From assembly GCA_046293555.1 (NCBI GenBank), contig JBKBOT010000029.1, positions 1 through 20,102 of the forward strand: a stretch of 20,102 bases of DNA, written 5' to 3'. The position numbers and the translations under genes were made by a program. Every line of letters starts with the position of its first letter. The stretch's first letter is position 1. The notes beneath the pieces were generated by a model. That model worked only from the letters and a program-made list of their open reading frames with translations. It was not told where the DNA came from and made no database searches. Shown one piece after another: positions 7,244 to 17,518 of the stretch. Origin of the DNA: Pyrobaculum sp. (GTDB taxonomy: Archaea; Thermoproteota; Thermoprotei; Thermoproteales; Thermoproteaceae).

Positions 7244-9244
7244 ATGACCCAAAAGGAGACAGAGCTACCATTTGAGAGCTATATAATAAACGAGAGGTGG
7301 CACCACCGCTATGTGTCGCCACAAGACTACCTTAAGTTCCACCAACAGACGTTACAAGATTTTGAGAACTTCTGGGCCAACGTGGCTAGAGAGATCGAGT
7401 GGTTTAAGCCATTTGAGAAAGTTCTTGACGCCTCCAACCCGCCGTTTTACAAGTGGTTTGTAGGCGGTAGGCTAAACCTCTCCTATCTGACAGTGGACAG
7501 ACATGTAAAAAGCTGGAGGAAAAACAAGATAGCTATAGAGTGGGAGGGCGAGCCGGTAGATGAAAACGGGATGCCTACAGACAAGAGGAGGCTGACTTAT
7601 TACGACCTATACCGCGAGGTAAACCGCGTGGCCTACATGTTGAAAAACAACTTCGGCATAAAGAAGGGGGATAGAATAACTCTATACCTCCCCATGATTC
7701 CCGAATTGCCAATAGCCATGTTAGCAGCTTGGCGTATTGGCGCAATTACGAGCGTCGTCTTTTCTGGCTTTTCTGCAGAAGCTCTTGCCGACAGGATAAA
7801 CGACTCGCAGTCTAGGCTTGTGATTACTGCAGACGGCTTCTGGAGGCGGGGCAAGGTGGTGAGGCTAAAGGAGATTGTAGACACGGCGCTGGAGAAGACG
7901 TCTACCGTGGAGAACGTTATTGTCTACTCGCGGCTGGGGCTAAAAGACGTCCCGATGACAGAAGGTCGTGACTACTGGTGGCACAAATTGACACAGGGCA
8001 CACCTGTCAACATCTATATAGAGCCGGAGCCCGTCGAGAGCGAACACCCCTCGTTTATACTTTACACCTCTGGCACTACCGGCAAGCCTAAAGGCATTGT
8101 TCACGACACCGGCGGCTGGGCGGTACATACACACGCCACGATGAAGTGGGTTTTTGACATAAGAGACGACGATATCTACTGGTGTACAGCCGACATCGGC
8201 TGGGTGACGGGACATTCCTACATCGTGTTGGGACCGTTAATGGAGGGAGCCACAGAGGTGATGTATGAAGGCGCTCCGGACTTCCCCCAGCCAGACCGCT
8301 GGTGGGCAATAGTGGAGCGGTACGGCGTCACCATTCTTTACACGTCGCCTACCGCCATAAGGATGTTTATGCGCTACGGCGAGGAGTGGCCCAAGCGTCA
8401 CGACTTGTCTACACTCAGGATAATACACTCAGTGGGGGAGCCCATAAACCCAGAGGCTTGGAACTGGATGTATCGCGTCCTTGGCGGCGAGAAGACAGCC
8501 TCTGGCTCCACCTGGTGGATGACAGAAACTGGCGGCATAGTGATAAGCCACGCCCCCGGCCTCTACCTTGCGCCAATGAAGCCCGGCACTAACGGCCCCC
8601 CACTGCCGGGCTTTGAGGTAGACGTGTTGACAGACGACGGGAAGCCGGCGCCCCCTGGGGTGAAGGGGTATTTAGTAATAAAGAGGCCTTGGCCCGGCAT
8701 GTTACAAACCATCTGGGGAGACCCCGACCGGTACATCAAGACCTATTGGTCCCGCTTCCCTGGCTACTTCTACGCCGGCGATTACGCCATTATGGACCAT
8801 GATGGCTACATCTGGGTGCTCGGCCGTGCGGACGAGGTGATTAAAGTGGCCGGCCACAGGCTGGGCACATATGAGCTAGAGTCGGCGTTAATAAGCCACA
8901 AAGCCGTGGCTGAAGCCGCCGTGATAGGCGTGCCGGACCCCATAAAGGGGGAGGTGCCCATAGCCTACGTGGTGCTTAGACAGGGCTATAGCCCTAGCGA
9001 CGAGCTTCGTAAAGAGCTTAGGGCACACGTGAGGGCCACAATCGGCCCCGTGGCGGAGCCGGCGCAGATATTTTTCGTCACAAAGCTGCCCAAAACTCGT
9101 TCCGGCAAGATAATGCGCCGCCTGCTTAAAGCCGTGGCCACTAACGCCCCGCTTGGCGACATCACCACGCTTGAAGACGAGGCATCTGTAGAAGAGGCGA
9201 AGAAGGCCTACGAGGAGCTTAAGGCAGAGATGGGGAGGGTATGA
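7244..9244 (+). CDS. acs: AMP-forming acetyl-CoA synthetase
   Basis: ILYTSGTTGKPKG, TADIGWVTGHSY, VGEPIN, WWMTETG, GHRLGT, LPKTRSGKIMRR. Confidence 0.96.
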   Translation: MTQKETELPFESYIINERWHHRYVSPQDYLKFHQQTLQDFENFWANVAREIEWFKPFEKVLDASNPPFYKWFVGGRLNLSYLTVDRHVKSWRKNKIAIEWEGEPVDENGMPTDKRRLTYYDLYREVNRVAYMLKNNFGIKKGDRITLYLPMIPELPIAMLAAWRIGAITSVVFSGFSAEALADRINDSQSRLVITADGFWRRGKVVRLKEIVDTALEKTSTVENVIVYSRLGLKDVPMTEGRDYWWHKLTQGTPVNIYIEPEPVESEHPSFILYTSGTTGKPKGIVHDTGGWAVHTHATMKWVFDIRDDDIYWCTADIGWVTGHSYIVLGPLMEGATEVMYEGAPDFPQPDRWWAIVERYGVTILYTSPTAIRMFMRYGEEWPKRHDLSTLRIIHSVGEPINPEAWNWMYRVLGGEKTASGSTWWMTETGGIVISHAPGLYLAPMKPGTNGPPLPGFEVDVLTDDGKPAPPGVKGYLVIKRPWPGMLQTIWGDPDRYIKTYWSRFPGYFYAGDYAIMDHDGYIWVLGRADEVIKVAGHRLGTYELESALISHKAVAEAAVIGVPDPIKGEVPIAYVVLRQGYSPSDELRKELRAHVRATIGPVAEPAQIFFVTKLPKTRSGKIMRRLLKAVATNAPLGDITTLEDEASVEEAKKAYEELKAEMGRV

Positions 9245-11319
9245 GTAGTGTGGCTTACCAAGTCGGCCTTAGGCAAGTAGCTTCGGTAACTACAATATCC
9301 TGGCTGGGGGCCTTTATGGAGTGGATAGATTTCTATACATACGCCCTCCTGGCGGGCTTAGTGGCTAAGGTCTTCTTCCCCGCTGCTGACCCCATAGCCT
9401 CCCTCCTGGCTGCCTTCGCCGCGTTGGCAATTGGCTTTTTATTTAGGCCGCTTGGCGCTATCCTGTTTGGTAAAATAGGTGACCAATTTGGGCGGAAGGT
9501 GTCCTTTGTTTTGGCGATATCTTTAATGATGGTAGGTACTTTGGGCATTGGCCTACTGCCCGGCTACGCCGCTATAGGCATATTGGCCTCAATTGGCGTC
9601 TTTGTGCTCAGGATTCTACAAGGCCTTGCGCTAGGTGGGGGCTACGGCGCCGCTGTTACTTACCTCGGCGAGTTTGTCCCCGAACACAGAAGGGGGTTCT
9701 ACACGGGCTTTCTCTTCACGACGCCCGCCGCGGGGATGGCCACAGTGGGGGCGTTAATTTGGCTTATCTCGACGGCAGTAGGCCCTCAAGCCTATGCCGA
9801 CTGGGGCTGGCGGTGGGTCTTCATAATTGCCGCCGTGATAGATCTCGCCGTAGTGGTCGTCTTGTATACTCTATACAAAGAGACGCCGGTATTTACAATG
9901 TTGAAAGCAGTGAGGCGCATCACCTCGGCGCCAATAAGAGAGGTCTTTAGCCGTAAGCATTTAGTTCTTGTACTTTTGGGATGGATCGGCGTGGTGGGGG
10001 CACACGGCCCCATCTGGTATACCAACCATCTTTTCAATATGTATTACATCGGCCCTAACTTCCGCGGATATGTGGACGCAGCCACCGCCAGCGCCCTCCT
10101 GGCTACTGCCATCTACGCAGCTCTATGGATGTACCCGCTCTTTGGCTACATTTCGGACAAGATAGGGAGAAAGCCCGTGTTGTTGTTAGGCATATACGGC
10201 AACGCGCTCTGGTTCCCCATAGCCTTCTATCTGATAGACTTGGTGGGGCCGACTGGAGACCTGACGGCGATGTGGCTACTCTTCTTGTCTATGACGTTAT
10301 TTAACGGCATTGGCTACAGTGGCGCCATGTCGGCATTTCTGTTGGAACTCTTCCCGGCGAGGATAAGACTGTCGGCCGTGGCGCTTTCATACAACCTCGG
10401 CTACGGCGTGACAGGCGGGCTGACGCCATTCGCCATCACTGCAATATATTCCGTCACTCGTGACATCTACCTCTCCACCTTGCTATACGCCACGGCGGTG
10501 CCCATGGTTATGGCTAGTTGGTACTTATTTAAAGGCCCGGAGACTCTTGGAGTGAGGATATGGTCTGAGTTCGCCGCAGAGAAATTCGCCAAGAAGACCA
10601 TAACGCTGCCGGCCACCATCCCCATCCGGGAGGCAGCCCGCCAGCTAGTAGCCACAGGGCAGAAATACGCGGTGCTCACAGGAAGCGTCTTGGGTATTTT
10701 CGGCACCCGTAGCTTCTTGAGAGCTGTGGCCTCCGGCGCCAGTCTGGAAGAGCCAGCCGAGAGATATGTGGAGAGACTGCCTTGTATCGAGAAGTCCAGC
10801 CCGGTGACTGAGGTATTTGTGGCGTTAGAGAAACACAACGTGAGGGCAGTCCCCATCTGCGAAGGCGGCAAGCCGGTTGGCATTGTGGAAGCCCGCGAGC
10901 TTGTCAACGAGGCGCTTGGCCTAAAGACCGCCTTAAAGAAAAAAGTGTCGCTACGCTATACTGCATACGACGCGGTGGTAAGAGAGCTCGCCACCGTGTC
11001 TCCCAACATCACGTTAAGAGAGGCCATAGAGATCATGGCTAGAAACAATATTGGCTTCCTGCCGGTAACAGAAGGCGGCAGGCTAGTCGGCGTGATCTCT
11101 GAAACAGACGTCATGAAGATCGTAGCCGCCGGCGGCGATTTAGACAAGCCAGTGTCACAATACATGGTGACAAACGTCATCACTGTGTCTAAAGAGACGC
11201 CACTTAGAGACGCCGCAGAGCTTATGGTAAGATATAACATCCGCCACCTGCCAGTAGTAGAAAACGGCAAGGTGATAGGCGTAATATCAGTAAGAGATAT
11301 ATTAAAGGTCATTGGGTAA
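9241..11319 (+). CDS. MFS (MHS family) transporter fused to two C-terminal CBS pairs
   Basis: EWIDFYTY, RPLGAILFGKIGDQFGRK, RILQGLALGG, multiple TM segments; C-terminal CBS repeats (IGFLPV...GVISETD, IRHLPVV...GVISVRD); ATGA overlap with acs. Confidence 0.9.
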   Translation: MSSVAYQVGLRQVASVTTISWLGAFMEWIDFYTYALLAGLVAKVFFPAADPIASLLAAFAALAIGFLFRPLGAILFGKIGDQFGRKVSFVLAISLMMVGTLGIGLLPGYAAIGILASIGVFVLRILQGLALGGGYGAAVTYLGEFVPEHRRGFYTGFLFTTPAAGMATVGALIWLISTAVGPQAYADWGWRWVFIIAAVIDLAVVVVLYTLYKETPVFTMLKAVRRITSAPIREVFSRKHLVLVLLGWIGVVGAHGPIWYTNHLFNMYYIGPNFRGYVDAATASALLATAIYAALWMYPLFGYISDKIGRKPVLLLGIYGNALWFPIAFYLIDLVGPTGDLTAMWLLFLSMTLFNGIGYSGAMSAFLLELFPARIRLSAVALSYNLGYGVTGGLTPFAITAIYSVTRDIYLSTLLYATAVPMVMASWYLFKGPETLGVRIWSEFAAEKFAKKTITLPATIPIREAARQLVATGQKYAVLTGSVLGIFGTRSFLRAVASGASLEEPAERYVERLPCIEKSSPVTEVFVALEKHNVRAVPICEGGKPVGIVEARELVNEALGLKTALKKKVSLRYTAYDAVVRELATVSPNITLREAIEIMARNNIGFLPVTEGGRLVGVISETDVMKIVAAGGDLDKPVSQYMVTNVITVSKETPLRDAAELMVRYNIRHLPVVENGKVIGVISVRDILKVIG

Positions 11320-11366
11320 ACCCCCTCTTTTTTCTATCAGCTTTCAGCTTTTTACATTTTATTTTC
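11320..11366 (+). terminator. U-rich archaeal terminator region
   Basis: CTCTTTTTTC and further T tracts immediately after the stop codon. Confidence 0.45.
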
Positions 11367-11417
11367 AGTGTACACGTCTAATAGCAAGCCTTATTTCCTA
11401 CAGCCCTTCTTTAACAC

Positions 11418-13850
11418 ATGGAAACTACGCGCAGAGATTTTGTAAAGCTCTCGTTAACCACAGCCGCCATAGCTGCTTCCGGCTTTGCGGCTAGAGAGTT
11501 GTTACAGATACAACAGACGCAGCCTGTTGGCGAAATAGCGGTGCCGTTAATTTGCGGCATGTGTGCAGGGACGTGTGGCCTGCTTTTCGTACGTAGAGGC
11601 GACTCTATGTACATTTTGCCAAATCTTAAACATCCACAACCCGGCCAATGTGCCAGACCGTCTTCGGCGTTACAGCTATGGGACCACCCGCTGAGACTTA
11701 AGAAACCACTTAAGAGAGCGGGCAAGAGGGGAGAGGGGAAATTCCAAGAGGTGGATTGGGACGCGGCGCTTAACGAAATTGCGGCCAAGTTGAGAGAAAT
11801 AGCTGAGAGATATGGGCCAGAATCTGTGGTAATCACCGCACATGACGTCCATAGGTGGTTCCTGCCTGTTTTCCTAACGGCGTTAGGCTCGCCGAATTTA
11901 GTTGGACATGACTCCACCTGTCACTACCCGGGGACTGTGGCCCGTATGGCGGTATTTGCCGGCGGCCCCCCGCCCTCTATAGACCCCGATTATGAAAACG
12001 CTAGATACATAATGTTCATTGGGCGTAATCTAAACGCGGCAATGGGTACAGTACGTAAATTAGCGCAGGCGAGAGAACACGGCGTAAAGATCGTGGCGGT
12101 GGACCCCAGGGCGCCTAACATCGCCTACTCTAACGTGGAGTGGGTACCCATAACTCCCGGCACAGACGCGGCGTTTGTCCTCTCTATGATTCACGTAATT
12201 ATTTCCGAAAATCTTTACGACGTCTCGTTCGTGAAGAGATATACCAACGCCCCGTTTTTAATCAAGCCGGATGGGACGCCGCTCACAGAAAAAGACCTAG
12301 GCCGCGAGGGGGCGGCACATCTGGTGTACGACAACGCCGCGAAACAGCTGGCTCCACACGACAAGGCGCAAGACCCATCGTTAGATTTTGAGGGCGAGGT
12401 GGAGACGCCACAAGGTCTGGTAAAGGTAAGAACCGTGTTTAAACTACTGGCCGAACGTGCGGCTAAATACCCGCCAGAAGTTGCTGAAAAAATTACCGGC
12501 ATCCCCGCCGCCACAATTGTGAGACTTGCCAGAGAGTTGGCCATACAGAGAGGAGTTATAGAAGACCAGTGGTTTTCCGCAAAAAACGGCAGTGGCGACA
12601 TTGACGGCTATAGAGCCATGTTGATCTTAAACGCACTTCTCGGCAATATAGACAAAAGAGGTGGGCTGTGTTTCAAAGAGCCAGCTAGACTCCCCACCGC
12701 TCTCGCCGCCGTGGAGGCAATGACAGGCCAGAAGCTGCCGTCTCCAAAAACGAGAAGAGTAGATCTATATAAGTATCCAATATCTTTTGGACATTTCGAC
12801 GCAGTTGTAGACGCCATCTTAGAGGAAAAGCCTTATCCCATCAAGGCGTTGTTTATTGTAGCCACCACGTTATTCCCCAGAGAGATCAACCTAGAGAAAT
12901 TAAAGAAGGCACTTGAAAAACTGGAGTTAATTGTGACTATCGACATATTGCCGCAAGAACATGTGGACTGGTCTGACTACGTCCTACCTGACTTAATGTT
13001 CCTAGAGAGAAACGAGCTGGCTGAGGTCAGGTGGACATTGGCGCCAGCTATCCATATCTCCAGGAAGGCGCTAGACCCGCCGCCAGGCGTGAACGCCCGC
13101 CATGGCTTGTGGGCACTTATGGAGATCTTGAGAAGAGCCTTTCCAGACAAGGCGGCATTAGTGGGGTATACGGAGAAATATGCAGATCCCCACAAGTATG
13201 AGGAATATGAAGAGGCTATATCCAACACAATGATAAACCTGACGGCAAAGACGTGGGGCATAAAGCCAGAAGACCTCAAGACGGCCTTGGAGAGAGACGG
13301 CTTTTATGTCTTCAAGCCAAAGACATATGAAGTGAGGCCTTACAAAACGCCGTTGGGCACGCCCTCCGGCAAGGTGGAGATATACTCCTTGAGATTCCTC
13401 GCCCTGAAGTTAGACCCGCTACCCGACTGGAGACAACCTTCCTACAAGATACCACAGGCGCCAGACGAGTTCTATCTAGTGGGCTCTAAAGATATCAACA
13501 CGTCGCTACACGGCGTATTTGTTAAAAACATGCAGTGGCTACTTGACCGCGCCGTTTGGATGAACCCGGCGGATGCCGCCCGGCTGGGGGTAAAAGACGG
13601 CGACTTGGTGGAATTAGAGAGTTTAAACAACGGCTATAAGGGAGTGGCTAGAATAAAAATCACAAATAGAGTACGTCAAGGCGTGTTGTTCACATATCAC
13701 ACAAACGGCATACGGAGTGCGTTAATTAATCACAAGGATTACGAGTTTATAAAAGAGGGCGTGAGATCCAACTGGTTTTCAGAACATCAACTCACGCCGG
13801 TGTTAGGAGAACTAGCCACAAACACAAGCGTTAAGGTGAGGAAGTTATGA
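11418..13850 (+). CDS. Mo-bisPGD oxidoreductase catalytic subunit, polysulfide/thiosulfate reductase (PsrA/PhsA)-like
   Basis: Tat signal TRRDFVK, FS0 motif CGMCAGTC...QC, candidate Mo-ligand Cys in HDSTCH, PGTDAA, TPSGKVE, MNPADAARLG. Substrate not determinable from sequence. Confidence 0.88.
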   Translation: METTRRDFVKLSLTTAAIAASGFAARELLQIQQTQPVGEIAVPLICGMCAGTCGLLFVRRGDSMYILPNLKHPQPGQCARPSSALQLWDHPLRLKKPLKRAGKRGEGKFQEVDWDAALNEIAAKLREIAERYGPESVVITAHDVHRWFLPVFLTALGSPNLVGHDSTCHYPGTVARMAVFAGGPPPSIDPDYENARYIMFIGRNLNAAMGTVRKLAQAREHGVKIVAVDPRAPNIAYSNVEWVPITPGTDAAFVLSMIHVIISENLYDVSFVKRYTNAPFLIKPDGTPLTEKDLGREGAAHLVYDNAAKQLAPHDKAQDPSLDFEGEVETPQGLVKVRTVFKLLAERAAKYPPEVAEKITGIPAATIVRLARELAIQRGVIEDQWFSAKNGSGDIDGYRAMLILNALLGNIDKRGGLCFKEPARLPTALAAVEAMTGQKLPSPKTRRVDLYKYPISFGHFDAVVDAILEEKPYPIKALFIVATTLFPREINLEKLKKALEKLELIVTIDILPQEHVDWSDYVLPDLMFLERNELAEVRWTLAPAIHISRKALDPPPGVNARHGLWALMEILRRAFPDKAALVGYTEKYADPHKYEEYEEAISNTMINLTAKTWGIKPEDLKTALERDGFYVFKPKTYEVRPYKTPLGTPSGKVEIYSLRFLALKLDPLPDWRQPSYKIPQAPDEFYLVGSKDINTSLHGVFVKNMQWLLDRAVWMNPADAARLGVKDGDLVELESLNNGYKGVARIKITNRVRQGVLFTYHTNGIRSALINHKDYEFIKEGVRSNWFSEHQLTPVLGELATNTSVKVRKL

Positions 13851-14410
13851 CGCGGCTTGCCCACCTCTGGGATCAATCCCGCTGCGTGTTGTGTGGGGCG
13901 TGTATAGCGTCATGTAACGCCGCTAACTACCGTTCCTCCACTAGAGAGAACGAGACGTGGGGCTGGATGCGTAGTAATATTAAACGCTTTACTATAGAGA
14001 CCGGGCCGAGGCCCATGTTGTTCTTAATTCAGTGTCAACATTGCGACAAGGCGCCTTGCGTGACGGTATGCCCCACTGGCGCCTCCTATAGAGACCCCAC
14101 AGACGGCCTCGTGAAGATAAATCCCAACCTATGTATTGGCTGTAAGTACTGCATGGTGGCATGTCCATACGAGGCGAGATGGCTTGACGACGAGACCGGA
14201 CTACCCAGGAAATGTATGGCGGGTGAATGTCTCTCTAGGGTCAAAGCCGGCCTCCAGCCTGTCTGCGTCGAGGTGTGTCCAGCTGGCGCCAGGGCGTTTG
14301 GCGACATAGATGACCCCAACTCCGAGATCTCCAAGAGGCTGGCCAGGAGTCGCTACATAAGGCTGCTGGAAGACAAGGGCACAGAGCCAAAATACTTCGT
14401 GGTGGTATGA
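13847..14410 (+). CDS. Four-[4Fe-4S] electron transfer subunit (PsrB/NrfC-like)
   Basis: CVLCGAC...C, CQHC...CVTVCP, CIGCKYCMVACP, KC...C...CVEVCP. Confidence 0.93.
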   Translation: MTRLAHLWDQSRCVLCGACIASCNAANYRSSTRENETWGWMRSNIKRFTIETGPRPMLFLIQCQHCDKAPCVTVCPTGASYRDPTDGLVKINPNLCIGCKYCMVACPYEARWLDDETGLPRKCMAGECLSRVKAGLQPVCVEVCPAGARAFGDIDDPNSEISKRLARSRYIRLLEDKGTEPKYFVVV

Positions 14411-15279
14411 CGGCGTTTCAACATATCTGGGACCCGCTGTTGATTGGGCCATTCCTCTGGTTTGCCGGCATAGCCGGCATGACGTCAGTGGCGTATGTGT
14501 TACTCAAGTGGCTTGGCGTAGAGGAGAGGAGACGTGAGTTGAGTATAGTAATCTTTATCTCCTACATATTAGCCACCGCATTTGTAGTAGCGGATTTAGC
14601 CAGGCCGTGGAATGTCGTTAATGCCATCACGGCCTCGATCTCCGCCGGCACTTTCGGCATAACGCGGAGCTGGATGGCTGTCGGCATCGTGTTGCTTTTT
14701 GTAGGCATTTTGTTAAGCCTATTGATGGTGTTGAGAAATGTCGGCGTGAAGACGTTGAGGATACTTGACGGCAGGTGGTTTGACGTAATTGTGGCGTTTA
14801 TAGGCATCGGCGTGACTGTATACAGCGGCTTCCTCATAGCTGCGGCTCCCGGCATACCCTTCTGGAACACCGCCTTGTTGCCACTACTGTGGATCATAAG
14901 CGCCTCTGTATGCGCGCTGGCGGTGGTGAAGTTGTTTGTACACAGCCTGGCGCCTCAAGTGGTGGCGAGGTTTGGAATCAGCCTCGATATCGCGAAGATA
15001 TTGGCATTACTTGCCTTCATATCTACGGCGCTATATGGCGGAAGCAAGGCGGCGCAAATCAGCGCATATGCCTTGACGTATGGCCAATTTGCCCCAACCT
15101 TCTGGGGAGGGGTTATGTTAATAGGCGTTTTAATCCCTCTGGCTATATACGCCGCCACGCTTAAGAGAGACGTGAGGACTTTGGGAATAGTGGCGGCAGT
15201 GTTGGCGCTAGTCGGCGCGTTGATACTCCGTATTGTTGTACTACAGGCGGGGGTATTCGAGACGCCGGTACCAGCCTAA
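14407..15279 (+). CDS. NrfD/PsrC membrane anchor subunit
   Basis: About 8 TM helices, DLARP, SWMAVG, YSGFL, IPFWN, LRIVVLQAG. Confidence 0.9.
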   Translation: MTAFQHIWDPLLIGPFLWFAGIAGMTSVAYVLLKWLGVEERRRELSIVIFISYILATAFVVADLARPWNVVNAITASISAGTFGITRSWMAVGIVLLFVGILLSLLMVLRNVGVKTLRILDGRWFDVIVAFIGIGVTVYSGFLIAAAPGIPFWNTALLPLLWIISASVCALAVVKLFVHSLAPQVVARFGISLDIAKILALLAFISTALYGGSKAAQISAYALTYGQFAPTFWGGVMLIGVLIPLAIYAATLKRDVRTLGIVAAVLALVGALILRIVVLQAGVFETPVPA

Positions 15280-15314
15280 ATCCTTATTTTTTCTATTATT
15301 TGTTTTTCCTTCTT

Positions 15315-15863
15315 GTGTCCACACTTCCCGTAGATAGAGATGTAGCTAGAGAGGTCTACCATATGGCTAAATCTCGTGGGTTTTTGACCATCAAGTTTGT
15401 ATCTGACGCCTTGAAACTCGCCATAGATCTATACAGGCGAGATATAACCCCGTCGCTAGCTAGAGAGATGTATCTGCTATTCGAAAAAACTCTGGCGTTT
15501 GACACAGTTCCAGTCCCCCTACAGGTGTTAGAACTGATGGCAGCTAACTACGGCGTCTGTGACGACAAGGAGATAGAAAAGTATCTAAGAGATGTTGGGA
15601 AGAGGTTTGGAGTAGAGATGGCCGCCAGCTTTAAGAATCTTAACGAATTTCTAGACGTCGTCTCGCACATCTTCGCCGTGTTGCCGCCGGCGCGTATCTC
15701 CTTCAGTAGGAAAGACAACACCTACGTTGTGGTCTTCACGGCGCCGGCGGTCCACGCCCTAAAGTGCCTCCAACACTTCGCAGAAGAAGTTTTACACCAA
15801 TTTGGATGTAGTTCTAAATTCACACAGATGGACAACACCATTGTTGCACATATAGAGTGTTAA
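15315..15863 (+). CDS. Hypothetical protein with a putative N-terminal ribbon-helix-helix and a V4R-like C-terminal region
   Basis: TLPVD-RDVAREVYHMAKSRG-LTIKFVSDALKLAI pattern. GTG 15315 preferred over TTG 15300, which sits in a T-rich tract. Confidence 0.6.
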   Translation: MSTLPVDRDVAREVYHMAKSRGFLTIKFVSDALKLAIDLYRRDITPSLAREMYLLFEKTLAFDTVPVPLQVLELMAANYGVCDDKEIEKYLRDVGKRFGVEMAASFKNLNEFLDVVSHIFAVLPPARISFSRKDNTYVVVFTAPAVHALKCLQHFAEEVLHQFGCSSKFTQMDNTIVAHIEC

Positions 15864-15891
15864 ATATATATCTACCCATCTCGGCGTCTAT

Positions 15892-16326
15892 ATGCCTAAA
15901 TACGCCAGGCTGGCTGTAGATTACTCTCTCGCACGTCAGTTCTACCAAAAGATGAAAAAAATTGGGAAAAAACCCGCCGAGGTGGTCACAGCCGTGTTGT
16001 CAACAGCCGTCGAGGTGGTAGACCACGGCTATGACCCCATAGACATGATACATATATGTAGGATCGTGAGGGCGCTAGGCGTGGGACGCGGCGGATACAG
16101 CCAAGGCCTAGCCGCCGGACGGCAGCTAAGGCTGTATTACACGCCTGCCGAATTTCTCGAAATATTGACACGAGTGGGGCCCAAGGCGTTGGGGCTCTAC
16201 AAGACTGGGCCCGACACATATAAGGCAGACCCAGAGACGGCGGAGACAATAAAGGGGCTACTCGCCGGAATTGGCTGCCACGTAGAACAAGACGGGAACT
16301 ACATAAAGCCCAAGTGTACATTATAG
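15892..16326 (+). CDS. Hypothetical protein, putative RHH, apparent paralogue of the upstream gene
   Basis: RLAVD-YSLARQFYQKMKKIG-KPAEVVTAVLSTAV pattern; own TATA-like AAATATATA at 15862. Confidence 0.6.
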   Translation: MPKYARLAVDYSLARQFYQKMKKIGKKPAEVVTAVLSTAVEVVDHGYDPIDMIHICRIVRALGVGRGGYSQGLAAGRQLRLYYTPAEFLEILTRVGPKALGLYKTGPDTYKADPETAETIKGLLAGIGCHVEQDGNYIKPKCTL

Positions 16327-16366
16327 ATAAGTGTGAAAACTTATATACAGAAAAACATTGGGGCAC

Positions 16367-17518
16367 ATGCCGAAGAGGTTGTTGATTCTGGGCGGCGGCG
16401 CCGGCGGCCTCATTGTGGCTAGAGAAGTGGCGCCAGTTGGCGACGTCGAGGTCACGTTGGTAGACATGAAAGAAAGGACAGAATTCCGCCCCTCCTATCT
16501 CTACGTCGCCTTTGGCTACAGGAAGCCAGAACAGATCTCCATGCCGCTGGAATACCTCAAGAGACGTGGCGTCAATTTCGTCAAGGCAAAAGTACTGCAT
16601 ATAGATCCGGCAAACCGCACTGTGAAGACCACCGCCGGCGACCTTAAATACGACACACTTGTCGTATCTCTAGGCGCCGAGACAATAGACCTCGGCTACC
16701 CACACACATGGGAGCTAGAGCCCTCGCTAAAGGTGGCCGAGACACTATCTCAAACCAGGCAGGGACATGTGGTCATAGCGGTACACTCTCTCCCCTACCG
16801 GTGTCCCCCAGCCCCCATCGAGCTGGCCATGTTGACACACTTCTACTACCTCTCCAGAAACCTCAGAGACAAGGTGAAGATAACTGTGGTACACCCCATG
16901 AAGAGGCCCTTTGAGAACTTCGGCCCCATGGCGACTAGATATATGTCTACCCTCTTACAGCAGCTGGGGATTGAGTACATAGGCGTCGGCCAAAACCCCG
17001 CCATCAAGACAGCCGGCAGGAACGAGCTCGAGACAGCCACAGGCGAGCGGATAAAATTCGACACGGCCCTAGTCGTCCCGCCACACAAGGCCCCCGACGC
17101 CGTCGCCCAAAGCGACCTTGCAAAAAACGGCTGGGCCGCCCCCCGCAACCCAGCCGCTGGAGACTTCAGAAGCGGGAAATACGACGACGTCTATGTAATA
17201 GGCGACGTGGCTGCGCCAAACGTGCCAGTAGGCATGGCCGGCACGATTGTACATAGCTACTCACGACATGTGGTTAGTAACATCATAGCGGACCTAACCG
17301 GCATATATCTAGGCAATCCGCCACTCCGTATTGTCGGCACATGTATGCTAGACGTAGGCGGCTTCGGCATGGCGGCGGCCTGTGACTTCACGCCATTTGT
17401 CAAAAAGCAGAAGCCGCATCCAGACTGCACCTTCTTATCTCCCTCGCCTGTCACCAGGATATTTAAAGAAATGTTCGAAAAGACGTACTTCAGCTGGCTG
17501 CTAGGGGCAGTGCCATGA
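16367..17518 (+). CDS. Sulfide:quinone oxidoreductase / FCSD-family flavoprotein
   Basis: GGGAGG FAD motif, YRCPPAPIE, VYVIGD, C-terminal GTCMLDVG Cys. AAAA-CTTATATA at 16340 lies 27 nt before ATG 16367. Confidence 0.85.
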   Translation: MPKRLLILGGGAGGLIVAREVAPVGDVEVTLVDMKERTEFRPSYLYVAFGYRKPEQISMPLEYLKRRGVNFVKAKVLHIDPANRTVKTTAGDLKYDTLVVSLGAETIDLGYPHTWELEPSLKVAETLSQTRQGHVVIAVHSLPYRCPPAPIELAMLTHFYYLSRNLRDKVKITVVHPMKRPFENFGPMATRYMSTLLQQLGIEYIGVGQNPAIKTAGRNELETATGERIKFDTALVVPPHKAPDAVAQSDLAKNGWAAPRNPAAGDFRSGKYDDVYVIGDVAAPNVPVGMAGTIVHSYSRHVVSNIIADLTGIYLGNPPLRIVGTCMLDVGGFGMAAACDFTPFVKKQKPHPDCTFLSPSPVTRIFKEMFEKTYFSWLLGAVP

